From: a virus
Lineage: Duplodnaviria > Caudoviricetes
Direction: 5' to 3' (one strand)
Virus record (IMG/VR): IMGVR_UViG_3300032270_000610
Coordinates: 1 to 35,428 of that record
Length of the DNA stretch: 35,428 nucleotides
Part shown: positions 24,505 through 33,344 of the stretch, in pieces
Layout of the letters: each line of letters begins with the position of its first letter
Position numbering within the stretch: position 1 is the first letter of the stretch
Notes under the pieces: generated by a model
What the model was told of the DNA's origin: nothing
The model's input: only the letters and a program-made list of their open reading frames with translations
The model's database searches: none
Translations under genes and position numbers: made by a program

Positions 24505-25611
24505 ATGCCAACTTTTTTACACGGAGTCGAAGTCCAAGAAATCACAGGCGGTCCACGCCCAATTAAAACCGTTTCATCCAGCGTCATCGGCCTCGTCGGC
24601 ACAGGCACAGCCCACGCTGATTTCCCGCTGAACACGCCCGTCCTTGTGACATCGCCCACAGGAGTCTCGACCAAACTCGGCGCAAGCACCTTCCTCGGCA
24701 AAGCCATCGAGGCCATTTATAAGCAGACCGGCGCGGTTGTAGTGGTAGTGCGGGTCAGCGCAATGACAGATGTCGCCGGAAGCGCAAGCCTTCTCACAGG
24801 CGTTCACGCCCTCCGCAAAGCACAGGCTGAACTCAATGTCACGCCTCGCCTCATCGTTGCCGAAGGAGCTTACGAAACGACCACGATTGACGATGTGAAA
24901 GCCGTCGCCTCCGCTCTCCGTGCTGTTGCAATTGCTGGCCTCGTTTCCAGCGTTGCCGCAATCGACACCGCAACCGAAGCATCCGCATGGGTCACAGCAA
25001 ATGGTAACGACCGCATGTATGCAATCTGGCCAGCCGTGAACGGCGGCGAAGACCCCGCTCCGTATGTCGCAGGTCTCATGGCCCGCATCGACAACGAGCG
25101 CGGCTTCTGGTGGTCTCCATCAAACAACGAAATCGCCGGTATTGAGAAGATCGACAAAAGCGTGGATTTCGTCCTCGGTGATACATCCTCGCTGGCGAAT
25201 GTGCTCAACTACGGCAACGTAGCCACATTCATCCGCTCCGGTGGATTCCGCCTCTGGGGCAACCAGACCGGAGCAACCGACACCAAATATCAATTCGTCA
25301 ATGTGCGCCGCACAGCGGATTTGATTTTCGACTCACTGCAACGCGCCCACCTCTGGGCAGTCGATCGCCTCATCAGCAAGACCTACCTCGAGGATGTCAC
25401 GGAGTCCGTCAACGCCTACCTCGCCAGCCTCAAAAACCAAGGCGCGATCCTTGGCGGGAAATGCTGGCCCGATCCAGACCTCAACACCCCTGCAAACATT
25501 CAAGACGGCAATGTCTTTTTCAACTTTGACTTCACGCCGCCGTATCCAGCCGAGCACATCACTTTCCGTGGTGAGCTGACCAACGAATATCTCAGCGAAA
25601 TCCTAAACTAA
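24505..25611 (+). CDS. Tail sheath protein (P2 gpFI-like)
   Basis: FLHGVEV, GFWWSPSN, GFRLWGN, FVNVRRT, PPYPAEHITF. Confidence 0.95.
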   Translation: MPTFLHGVEVQEITGGPRPIKTVSSSVIGLVGTGTAHADFPLNTPVLVTSPTGVSTKLGASTFLGKAIEAIYKQTGAVVVVVRVSAMTDVAGSASLLTGVHALRKAQAELNVTPRLIVAEGAYETTTIDDVKAVASALRAVAIAGLVSSVAAIDTATEASAWVTANGNDRMYAIWPAVNGGEDPAPYVAGLMARIDNERGFWWSPSNNEIAGIEKIDKSVDFVLGDTSSLANVLNYGNVATFIRSGGFRLWGNQTGATDTKYQFVNVRRTADLIFDSLQRAHLWAVDRLISKTYLEDVTESVNAYLASLKNQGAILGGKCWPDPDLNTPANIQDGNVFFNFDFTPPYPAEHITFRGELTNEYLSEILN

Positions 25612-25620
25612 AATCTTACC

Positions 25621-26130
25621 ATGGCAACCGCATCAAAATTTCTCAAAAATTTTAACCTCTATGTCGATGGGCGCGGATACGCAGGCGTCTGCGACGAACT
25701 GCAACTGCCCAACCTCGGCCTCAAAGTCGAAGACTTCCGCGCTGGCGGCATGGATTCGTCCGTGGCCGTCGAAATGGGCCAGGAAAAACTGGAAGCCTCC
25801 TTCGTGCTTTCAGGATATGAAGAAAATGTTCTGAACCTGTGGGGCGTAGGCCAAGGCACGACCGTGCCACTCGTGGCTCGTGGCGCTCTCGAAAGCCTTG
25901 ATGGTTCAGTGACGCCCGTTGTCGTCTACATGACGGGAACGATCCGCTCGATGGAACCCGGCGCATGGAAAGCTGGCGAGAAATCGACCATCTCTTTCAC
26001 GATGGACCTCCGCAGCTACAAATACACGCAGGCTGGAAAGACTATCAACGACATCGACATCCCGAACATGATTCGCGTCGTGAACGGAGTGGACCGCCTT
26101 GCGGCACAGCGCAACGCCATCGGAATCTAA
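25621..26130 (+). CDS. Tail tube protein (P2 gpFII-like)
   Basis: LKNFNLYVDG, FRAGGMD, WKAGE, VNGVDRLA. Confidence 0.95.
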   Translation: MATASKFLKNFNLYVDGRGYAGVCDELQLPNLGLKVEDFRAGGMDSSVAVEMGQEKLEASFVLSGYEENVLNLWGVGQGTTVPLVARGALESLDGSVTPVVVYMTGTIRSMEPGAWKAGEKSTISFTMDLRSYKYTQAGKTINDIDIPNMIRVVNGVDRLAAQRNAIGI

Positions 26131-26141
26131 TCTGGCGACAC

Positions 26142-26405
26142 ATGGCCAACAAAAAATCCAGCGTCGAAATCGAACTCGATTTCCCAATCAAAATCGAAAG
26201 CGTGGAATGCCGACGCCTTACCCTTCGTAGGCCAAAGGTCGGCGATATCCTCGCAGCGGAGGAGGGTAGCAAAGGCGGGAGCGACAAAGACACGGAAATC
26301 CTGACCTTTGCCAACCTCTGCATGGTCACGCCTGCCGAAATCCGCGACCTCGACCTCGGCGATTACAAGAAGCTCCAGAAGGCGTTCTCAGGTTTTTTAG
26401 GCTGA
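26142..26405 (+). CDS. Tail assembly chaperone (gpE-like)
   Basis: LDFPI...LTLRRPKVGD...LDLGDY; between the tube and tape measure genes. Confidence 0.88.
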   Translation: MANKKSSVEIELDFPIKIESVECRRLTLRRPKVGDILAAEEGSKGGSDKDTEILTFANLCMVTPAEIRDLDLGDYKKLQKAFSGFLG

Positions 26406-26527
26406 CGCGGGAGGACGCCATGCGCGGCACTCTCGCACTGGCCAGCCACACAGGATGGAGCCTTGCAGAAATCAGCGCAATGACCGCCGAGGAGCTTGTG
26501 GACTGGTGCGGTAAACTTCCTAAATAA
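26393..26527 (+). CDS. -1 frameshift extension (gpE'-like) of the chaperone
   Basis: Slippery T TTT TTA at 26393-26399. The -1 frame reads ..RLTREDAMRGTLALASHTGWSLAEISAMTAEELVDW..* with its stop ending just before the tape measure ATG. Confidence 0.85.
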   Translation, partial: FFRLTREDAMRGTLALASHTGWSLAEISAMTAEELVDWCGKLPK

Positions 26528-26528
26528 A

Positions 26529-28469
26529 ATGGCGACCGAGAAAAAATTCAAAGCGACAATCGAGATCGGCGGCGCCGTTGCTGGCTCGTTGAAATCGTCG
26601 TTTGCCGCTGTCACCGGGAACACAAAGGTTCTTGGCGCTTCGATGTCGCAGCTAAAATCTCGCATGAAGGAGATCGGAGCGGCCATGAAAGCCTCCGGCG
26701 CGGATACCGTCACCCTCGGAAAAGAGCTTGCCGCCCTCCAACGCAAGGCAGACGCAACCCGCAAAGTGATGGACTCGTGGGGCAAGATCAAACCCATCGG
26801 CGACAACTTTCAGACCGTTCTCAAACGCACCGCTGGCGGATTAGTGGCCATCGGGGCAGCAGCCGCCGCAGCCAGTGCCGCCGTGTGGAAAATGGGTTCA
26901 GCGTTTGGAGACTTTTCAGACTCCGCAGCAGAGGCCGCAGACACGCTTGGCGTGGATACAAACTTTCTTTTGTCGGTAAAATACGCCGCTGCTGATGTCG
27001 GCGTCGCGGTCGAGATGGTCGACAAGATGATTTCTGAAATGAACATCCGTATGGTCGATGCGGGAGAGGAGGGCAACAAGACCGGCGAAGCACTCCGCGA
27101 GCTTGGCCTGGACATCGGAAAGCTGCAAAAAATGGACACCGCAGCGCAGTTTGCAACGATTTCTGAAGCCTTTAAAAATTACAGCGGAAACGTCAACAAG
27201 GCCAAACTCGCCACCGATGCCTTTGGAAAAGCAGGGCGGAAAGTTCCAAACCTCCTGAACCTTGGAAAAGACGGACTGAACGAATACGCAAAAGCCGCCC
27301 AAGAGGCAGGTTACCTCCTGAGCGAAGCCGACGAAAGGATGGGGGATGAGTTTGGGAAGCAATTTTTGAATCTCAATAAAAGCCTTGAAGGCGCGCGCAA
27401 CATTATCGGTCGAGAAATCCTGCCGGTGATTACCGACCTTTTAGTTTCCCTCGGTTCATTCGTCAGGGAAAACGCGCCCAACATCAAAGCCGTGGCCCAA
27501 GAGTTCGGCGGCTGGTTAAAAACCAACGGCCCGATCATCGGCGGACAGATCCGCGACATGGCAAAGAGCCTGGTCGAAATGGGCAAAGCCGCATGGCCGT
27601 TCATCGAATCGGTCGGAGGCGTCAAAGCGGTGCTAACAGGAATTGGAACGATTGCCTTCCTGCCAACCATCGCCGCAGTGGCTTCGCTTGGTGTCTCATT
27701 TCTTAAGGCAGTCCCGGCTATTGCCACTTTGACAAAGGGCCTCTTGGCTTTGGCCAAAGCTGCAACAACAACGATGATACCGGCAATCGGAGGAGCAGCA
27801 ACCGCGCTCTGGGGCATGGCAACCGCAGGATGGGCCGCAATCGCGCCTCTCCTGCCAGCAATAGGAATCGGCGTTGCTATCGTTGGCGGTCTAACACTTC
27901 TCGCGTTTGGAATTAAACATGTGGTCGAAAACTGGGATTACTACTCAGCAAAGATTTCCGAGGTTTGGAAAATGACAACGGACTTCGTGGGAGGCATGGG
28001 CAGCGCAATCGGTGAGTGGGTCAACAATACCACCATGGCCATCGCGGACATGGGAACGAGCATCTACGACAGCATCGCTGGAGCCTTCGACAAACTCACA
28101 GGTAAAATCGGCGCGTGGTTCGGATGGGTCCGCGAAAAATTCGCCAGCCTCGGAAGCTCAATCAAAGGCGTCTTTACAGGAGGCGACTCACCCGCACCTG
28201 TGGACGGAGCACGCGCAGCCGGTGGTCCCGTTGCCGCTGGCAAAAGCTACCTCGTCGGAGAGCGCGGCCCCGAAATCTTCTCGCCCTCATCCTCCGGGTC
28301 GATCATCCCAAACCACCGAGCAGGCGGCAGCGTGAGCAACGACAACCGCACGATCACCATCACCATCAACGCCTCCCCCGGCATGAACGAGCGCACGCTT
28401 GCCGACCTCGTTCTCGCTCGCCTCGATGGACGCCAAGCCGCCCTTGCTGGTGGCGCACTCTACGACTAA
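26529..28469 (+). CDS. Tape measure protein
   Basis: Long Ala/Gly-rich helical protein with hydrophobic segments; C-terminal RAAGGPV...VGERGPEIF. Confidence 0.9.
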   Translation: MATEKKFKATIEIGGAVAGSLKSSFAAVTGNTKVLGASMSQLKSRMKEIGAAMKASGADTVTLGKELAALQRKADATRKVMDSWGKIKPIGDNFQTVLKRTAGGLVAIGAAAAAASAAVWKMGSAFGDFSDSAAEAADTLGVDTNFLLSVKYAAADVGVAVEMVDKMISEMNIRMVDAGEEGNKTGEALRELGLDIGKLQKMDTAAQFATISEAFKNYSGNVNKAKLATDAFGKAGRKVPNLLNLGKDGLNEYAKAAQEAGYLLSEADERMGDEFGKQFLNLNKSLEGARNIIGREILPVITDLLVSLGSFVRENAPNIKAVAQEFGGWLKTNGPIIGGQIRDMAKSLVEMGKAAWPFIESVGGVKAVLTGIGTIAFLPTIAAVASLGVSFLKAVPAIATLTKGLLALAKAATTTMIPAIGGAATALWGMATAGWAAIAPLLPAIGIGVAIVGGLTLLAFGIKHVVENWDYYSAKISEVWKMTTDFVGGMGSAIGEWVNNTTMAIADMGTSIYDSIAGAFDKLTGKIGAWFGWVREKFASLGSSIKGVFTGGDSPAPVDGARAAGGPVAAGKSYLVGERGPEIFSPSSSGSIIPNHRAGGSVSNDNRTITITINASPGMNERTLADLVLARLDGRQAALAGGALYD

Positions 28470-28471
28470 CC

Positions 28472-28921
28472 ATGGCCAACGACACCATGCTCGCGCTCGG
28501 CGCTTTCCGGTTTTCGATTTCAACTGCCGCATATCAGCAGCTGGAGCGACAAAGCTCCTACAAGTGGGAAGAGGTCGAACGATTTGGCCAAGCCCCGCTC
28601 ATGCAGTATTGTGGCTACGACTCGGAAACCATCTCCCTGCAAGGAACGATCCTCCCCGAATACAAAGGCGGACTTGGCCAGATGTCGCAAATGCGCGTGC
28701 AAGCCTCCCTCGGAATCGCCCTGCCGCTGGTAACTGGCACAGGAAATTACTACGGCCTATGGGTAGTCGAATCAATCAACGAGGCGCAAGAGGTTTTCTG
28801 GAGCAACGGCCAACCCCGCAAAATTGATTTCCAGATCAATCTCAAAAAATACGCCGAGGTCACGCTGAAGATCGGGCCATTCAACGTCAGCGCCTCCGGG
28901 CTTTTAGGATCACTGCGATGA
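28472..28921 (+). CDS. Tail protein U (P2 gpU-like)
   Basis: MLALGAFRFS, ETISLQG, GLWVVESI, PRKIDF. Confidence 0.9.
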   Translation: MANDTMLALGAFRFSISTAAYQQLERQSSYKWEEVERFGQAPLMQYCGYDSETISLQGTILPEYKGGLGQMSQMRVQASLGIALPLVTGTGNYYGLWVVESINEAQEVFWSNGQPRKIDFQINLKKYAEVTLKIGPFNVSASGLLGSLR

Positions 28922-29133
28922 ACGTCTACAAAACAAAGCAAGGCGACATGCTGGACGAAATCTGCCATCGGCATTACGGCAGCACCTACGGCCAGCAGGT
29001 CGAGACCGTGCTCGAGGTCAACCGCTCGCTTCGCCTGGCTGAACAAGGCCCCTACCTCCCCGCTGGAATCCACATCGTCCTGCCCATCATCGAAGCGCCG
29101 AAAGCCAAGGAAACGGTCTCGCTCTTTTCGTAG
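28918..29133 (+). CDS. Tail protein X (LysM-like)
   Basis: YKTKQGDMLDEICHRHYG...VLEVN...LPAG. Confidence 0.92.
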   Translation: MNVYKTKQGDMLDEICHRHYGSTYGQQVETVLEVNRSLRLAEQGPYLPAGIHIVLPIIEAPKAKETVSLFS

Positions 29134-29136
29134 GCC

Positions 29137-30246
29137 ATGAAGCCAGATTTCCGCATCACCGGCACAGGCGGCGACCTCACGAAAACCTACGCCCAACGCC
29201 TCGCCTCGCTCACAATCACGGACAACTCGACCGAGCAGGCGGATACGGTCTCCATCGAACTCTCGAACCACGACGGCAAACTCCCGATCCCCTCCGAAGG
29301 CGAAATCCTGAGTATCGCCATCGGCTATGAGGGAAACACGGTGGACAAGGGCCAATTCGTCATCGACCAAATTTCGCTCTCTGGTTTCCCCGAACGCATG
29401 AGCCTCTCAGGAAAAGCCGCACCCTTCGCAGCGGCGGGCGGATTCACGCCATTCCAAAGCCGAAAAACCCGCAGCTTCGACAACATCACCCTCGGCCAGC
29501 TCGTCACCAACATCGCCGCCGAATGCGGCCTCATCCCCGGCATCGCCCCGCAATACTACGCCGTCACTATTCCTCACCTGGACCAAACGAACGAGAGCAA
29601 CATGAACCTCCTCACGCGCCTCGCCCGTGACTACGAGGCACTGATGAAGCCCACATTCGGGCGCTTGCTCTTCCTACCCCGCTCCACCGGCGCGAGCATC
29701 ACCGGCGCAGCTCTGCCCGGTCCGACTATCACCAAGGGGGAGGTCGCCAGCTACAACGCACAATTCAGCCAGCGCACAAAATACGGAAGCGCGACAACCC
29801 GCTGGCACGACCCCGAAACGGGCGAGACAAATTCCTTCAAACTCGACGGCGAAGGGAGCGGAGCCGACTACGAAGCGCCCAACCTCTACCCTGACGAAAC
29901 CGCCGCCAAAAACGCCGCCAAGTCCTTCCTCAAATCCAGCGAGCGAGGCAGCGAATCGATCACACTCTCCATGTCAGGCAGACCCGACATCATCGCCGAG
30001 GGTTTGATTACATTGAGCGGATTTCCCGACGCCATGAACAAAAGCTGGACGATAAAAACCGTGACCCACTCTCTCAGTCCTTCCGGTTTCACAACCTCAG
30101 TGCAGGCCGAAATCAAAGACCTCACCACCGCGAGCGCCACAGCCGCCACCCCAAACACGACCAGCGCAGCAAACAATCCAGCGACCCCCGCAGGCCGAAA
30201 CATCGAGGCTGTGACATGGAACCCTGAGACAAGCAGTTTTGAGTAA
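29137..30246 (+). CDS. Baseplate hub (P2 gpD-like)
   Basis: SLTITDN...AD, IGY, HLDQTNESNMNLLTRLARDY, VTHSLSPSGFTT. Confidence 0.92.
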   Translation: MKPDFRITGTGGDLTKTYAQRLASLTITDNSTEQADTVSIELSNHDGKLPIPSEGEILSIAIGYEGNTVDKGQFVIDQISLSGFPERMSLSGKAAPFAAAGGFTPFQSRKTRSFDNITLGQLVTNIAAECGLIPGIAPQYYAVTIPHLDQTNESNMNLLTRLARDYEALMKPTFGRLLFLPRSTGASITGAALPGPTITKGEVASYNAQFSQRTKYGSATTRWHDPETGETNSFKLDGEGSGADYEAPNLYPDETAAKNAAKSFLKSSERGSESITLSMSGRPDIIAEGLITLSGFPDAMNKSWTIKTVTHSLSPSGFTTSVQAEIKDLTTASATAATPNTTSAANNPATPAGRNIEAVTWNPETSSFE

Positions 30247-30255
30247 AACGCAACG

Positions 30256-30383
30256 GCCAGAGACCCGCATAAACACTCATTCTGCGGACGCCCGCAAACC
30301 CGCTTAAATACTACATCTGCGGGCTTCACAAAAAAATAATTCCAAACGCACCCGCTGAGCCAGTATTCATGCGGCTCTGCGGG
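30256..30383. repeat. Three 33-bp imperfect palindromes (CCCGCAGA-N17-TCTGCGGG family)
   Basis: Copies at 30256-30288, 30291-30323 and 30351-30383; related copies at 31458-31490 and 33735-33767. Confidence 0.75.
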
Positions 30384-30462
30384 CCACTCTGTTTTTGTTT
30401 TTGTGTCAACAATTATTTTTCAAGTCCCGTAAAATTATTTTTATTTTTTTTGAAAATAATTG

Positions 30463-30491
30463 TTGACGAAAAATCAAGATTGTGAGATAGT
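30463..30491 (+). promoter_or_regulatory. Sigma70-type promoter for the accessory cassette
   Basis: TTGACG-17 nt-GATAGT with an extended TG and a very AT-rich upstream region. Confidence 0.7.
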
Positions 30492-30542
30492 CATTCCAGA
30501 TCGAAGCCACCACGGCGACGACAAAAACAAAAAACCAAAAAA

Positions 30543-30755
30543 ATGAAACTCACAGAAATCATCAAAGGAAATTACAAAGCTGAAATTCAAACAGTCCGCG
30601 CATACGAAGGTAACGACAGGGTGTGTAGCTTTCTTGTAAAAGTTATTTACATGAACGGGGCAAATTTCAACGGGGATGTTTGCTTTATGAAAACATACAA
30701 TGGCAACATTTCTGCAATGAAAGCCGCGCAACGTATGCTCGCAAAATTCGCCTAA
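30543..30755 (+). CDS. Hypothetical protein (AT-rich accessory gene)
   Basis: 70-aa ORF after the promoter and an A-rich leader. Confidence 0.7.
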   Translation: MKLTEIIKGNYKAEIQTVRAYEGNDRVCSFLVKVIYMNGANFNGDVCFMKTYNGNISAMKAAQRMLAKFA

Positions 30756-30824
30756 CCACACCCGGCGCGGGTTCGATCCCCGCGCCAGCTTGACCAACCA
30801 AACCAAAAACCGAAAAATCAAAAT

Positions 30825-31073
30825 ATGAAAACAGACTTCCACGCAAACTTAGTTATCGATCCAGCCGGTGAAATCATGGGCAGCGGAATGACAGAAGTGC
30901 ACGCCGTCCAAGACGCCGCAAAAGCTCTACAAATGGAAACTTGGGAAATCGATGCGCTGATTAAAAAAGCAAAAGCCGGATACCAAGGCGAAGAGGAAAC
31001 TTTAATGCTTCGCACGCGGCAGGAATGGGAAGAGACATCTGGAATGACGGTTGAGGAATACCTCGGACAATGA
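30825..31073 (+). CDS. Hypothetical acidic protein
   Basis: 82-aa ORF with an A-rich leader. Confidence 0.7.
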   Translation: MKTDFHANLVIDPAGEIMGSGMTEVHAVQDAAKALQMETWEIDALIKKAKAGYQGEEETLMLRTRQEWEETSGMTVEEYLGQ

Positions 31074-31381
31074 GCAACCCCACCACCCACGGCGGCCCGC
31101 GCAAAGGTGCGGGTCGCCCCGCAGGCAAGAAATCCGCCAACGCCAAAGGCCGCACATCCGTCACGCGATCCGTCTCCATGCAGCCCGAATCATGGGCCAA
31201 GCTCGACCGGCTGCGCGGCACGCAGTCGCGCGGGAAGTTCATCGAATCGATGCTTCCAGCCGAGGGACGCGGGAAAAAATACGAGGTCGTTTGCAATCTC
31301 CAAAAAGGCGAAATCCATTTGATCGAGCTGAAAAAAGACGGTCAGACGCAACACGGACGCAACACTCTTGCAAATTATTGA
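31070..31381 (+). CDS. Putative DNA-binding protein (GGxRxGAGRP plus RHH-like segment)
   Basis: HGGPRKGAGRP...TRSVSMQPESWAKLDRLRGTQSRGKFIE. Confidence 0.65.
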   Translation: MSNPTTHGGPRKGAGRPAGKKSANAKGRTSVTRSVSMQPESWAKLDRLRGTQSRGKFIESMLPAEGRGKKYEVVCNLQKGEIHLIELKKDGQTQHGRNTLANY

Positions 31382-31570
31382 TTATCAATATATGTTTTCC
31401 GATTCGTAATCGATAGGTCACGAGTTCGAATCTCGTCGTCGGCTCTCCTTCTAAAAGCCCGCAGATGCCCATATGGATTGGCTCTGCGGGCTTTTTCTTC
31501 GGCTGGGTAAAATTGGTTGAAAGTTGCTCCAAATGGGTGAAAATGCCATCATGGACGCAACGGACGCAAC
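31345..31570. promoter_or_regulatory. Integrase arm-type sites and IHF-like site flanking the attP core
   Basis: GACGCAAC tandem pairs at 31345/31356 and 31554/31563; AATCAATAATTTG (minus strand, 31371-31383) matches WATCAANNNNTTR. Confidence 0.65.
31400..31445 (+). other. attP core: 3' half of tRNA-Thr(CGT)
   Basis: CGA-TTCGTAA-TCGAT-AGGTC-ACGAG-TTCGAAT-CTCGT-CGTCGGC-T gives the anticodon loop, T-arm and 3' acceptor strand. The 5' half is absent and the site is ~105 bp upstream of the integrase. Confidence 0.88.
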
Positions 31571-32555
31571 AGGCAGGAATAAGCCGATCATCACACTTCG
31601 CACGGCTACGGTGCGCGGGGAGCAACGGCATGTGGTTTTTTCACGGATTGCAGGGGTGGAGAAGCGAGTTTTTTTTAAGACCAGACTGGAGGCGCGGATG
31701 GCGCATGACGCGCTTTTGGAGAAATTGGAAACCGGAGGAACGGATGCTTTCAAGAAGTCCGCTGGCATGACGGTAGAAAAAGGCTGGCAGGAATTTCAAC
31801 TGGTGCGGATGCCGAAGCTGAAAGAGGGAAACCACACTCGCCTTCTCAACTGGTGGTGGGGGCATTTTGTGGAGAAATACGGTTTGCTGGATTTGAATGA
31901 CATTAAGCCTGTCCACATTGAGGCGTTCCTGTCTCGCCCAGGTTGGAGCGGGACTACGGCAAATCAGGGCTTCGTTTACCTACGGCTCGTATTCAACTGG
32001 CTGGTGCGCTACGAACTCGCAGCGGCAAATCCGGCACTCAAGATCGACGTGCCGAAGGCTGCACCGGAGCACCACTTGCTGACCGTGGCGGAAGTGAAGA
32101 AGCTTTTGAGCCTTACGAAAAAAAAGACTCGGCTGCGAGCCTGGATCGTTCTGGGTCTTTTTGGCGGGATGCGCATCTCGGAGGTGTGGCGCTGCCGACC
32201 GGAGCATATCGAGCAGACGGAGATTTTCGTGCCTATCCGAAAATCCACCGACCCAAAACCGCGCCCTCGCTTTGTGCCGATCCTTCCGGCGCTGACACGG
32301 AATCTTCCCAAAAAGTGGGATGACTTAGGCGAGGACATCATCAAACGCGAGCGCACGGAGCTGGCTCACGCCATGGGGTGGCAGGAGTGGCCTCAAAATT
32401 GCCTACGACACACAGCAGCCTCGATGCACCGCGCTATGTGGCAAGACAGCGCAAAGACGGCGTATTTTCTCGGTCACTCATCCCCGCGCATGGTGGAGGA
32501 TCGCTACGCCAGAGGAGTGAGGCAGAATGAAGCCAAGGCGTTTTGGGCGCTATGA
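31551..32555 (+). CDS. int: Tyrosine integrase
   Basis: GMRISE (R), LRHTAAS (R), LGHSS (H) and DRYA (Y) catalytic motifs; adjacent to attP. The exact start codon is uncertain (31524-31551). Confidence 0.92.
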   Translation: MDATDATGRNKPIITLRTATVRGEQRHVVFSRIAGVEKRVFFKTRLEARMAHDALLEKLETGGTDAFKKSAGMTVEKGWQEFQLVRMPKLKEGNHTRLLNWWWGHFVEKYGLLDLNDIKPVHIEAFLSRPGWSGTTANQGFVYLRLVFNWLVRYELAAANPALKIDVPKAAPEHHLLTVAEVKKLLSLTKKKTRLRAWIVLGLFGGMRISEVWRCRPEHIEQTEIFVPIRKSTDPKPRPRFVPILPALTRNLPKKWDDLGEDIIKRERTELAHAMGWQEWPQNCLRHTAASMHRAMWQDSAKTAYFLGHSSPRMVEDRYARGVRQNEAKAFWAL

Positions 32556-32597
32556 AAAATCCTTGGCGGATTGTTGTCAGACATTCATGCTTTTAAT

Positions 32598-33263
32598 ATG
32601 CCTGTAAAAAATGCTTCCAACGATGATTGGCGAAATGATCCTATCACGGAACGGCAACGAAATTTGATCGAGGAAAAAGGCTACGACGCTCCAAATACAA
32701 AAGGAGAAGCGAGCGACCTAATCAGCGAAATTTTGAGCAAAGAAGATGAAGCGACAGAAGGCCAGATAAGGCGGTTGGAGTTCTACGGAATCTATGGAGA
32801 TTTCACTAAAAAAGAGGCGATGGAATTGATTGAAAAAAACAAGCCTCTCCACGATGAAGATGAATACCAGGAGTGGAAAAAAATCGTTTGTAAGATAGCC
32901 AACCCTACCGAACCAATACAACAAACCACGGAAACAATAGCGCCTTCTTCAACCGTTAAAAAAGATTCTCATTGGATAATGGTTTTTGTGCGCGGGTTAG
33001 TTTACGCATTCCGGATTGCAATAGGGATTTTGATCACAATTCTGGCGCTTGCTGCGTTCTCAAAATCAATTTACGCATTTGCTCTGCTTTTGATCTCTGC
33101 GTTTTTGGCCTTTCCGTTTTTATCTAAGAAAATCATAAGCGGGTTTGTTACAAAAGGAGTGGTTTGCGCGGGATGTTTTTTTGTAGGCGTGATCTTTTTT
33201 GGAAATGCCGCAAGCTCAACTAAGCCCGTAACTCAGAAAAAAAATGATCAGACCCAAAAATAA
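32598..33263 (+). CDS. Membrane protein with two N-terminal helical repeats
   Basis: Two T..Q...(L/I)...G....TK.EA..LI repeats and about three C-terminal TM segments; AT-rich DNA. Confidence 0.75.
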   Translation: MPVKNASNDDWRNDPITERQRNLIEEKGYDAPNTKGEASDLISEILSKEDEATEGQIRRLEFYGIYGDFTKKEAMELIEKNKPLHDEDEYQEWKKIVCKIANPTEPIQQTTETIAPSSTVKKDSHWIMVFVRGLVYAFRIAIGILITILALAAFSKSIYAFALLLISAFLAFPFLSKKIISGFVTKGVVCAGCFFVGVIFFGNAASSTKPVTQKKNDQTQK

Positions 33264-33344
33264 AAATTGGGATTAACTATCTTTACCATCAAAAATCACC
33301 ATCTTCACCGCATTCTGCGTGGGTGGTTAGGTCGTGAATCTGAG

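Noticed and set aside
31370-31450. Complete phage tRNA-Thr gene
   Set aside because: The 5' acceptor strand and D-arm are missing, so it is interpreted as the attP core.
31453-31497. Simple intrinsic terminator after attP
   Set aside because: It may also terminate (13-bp stem plus T-run), but the 17-nt loop and match to the 33-bp palindrome family favour a protein-binding site, so it is not called as a terminator.
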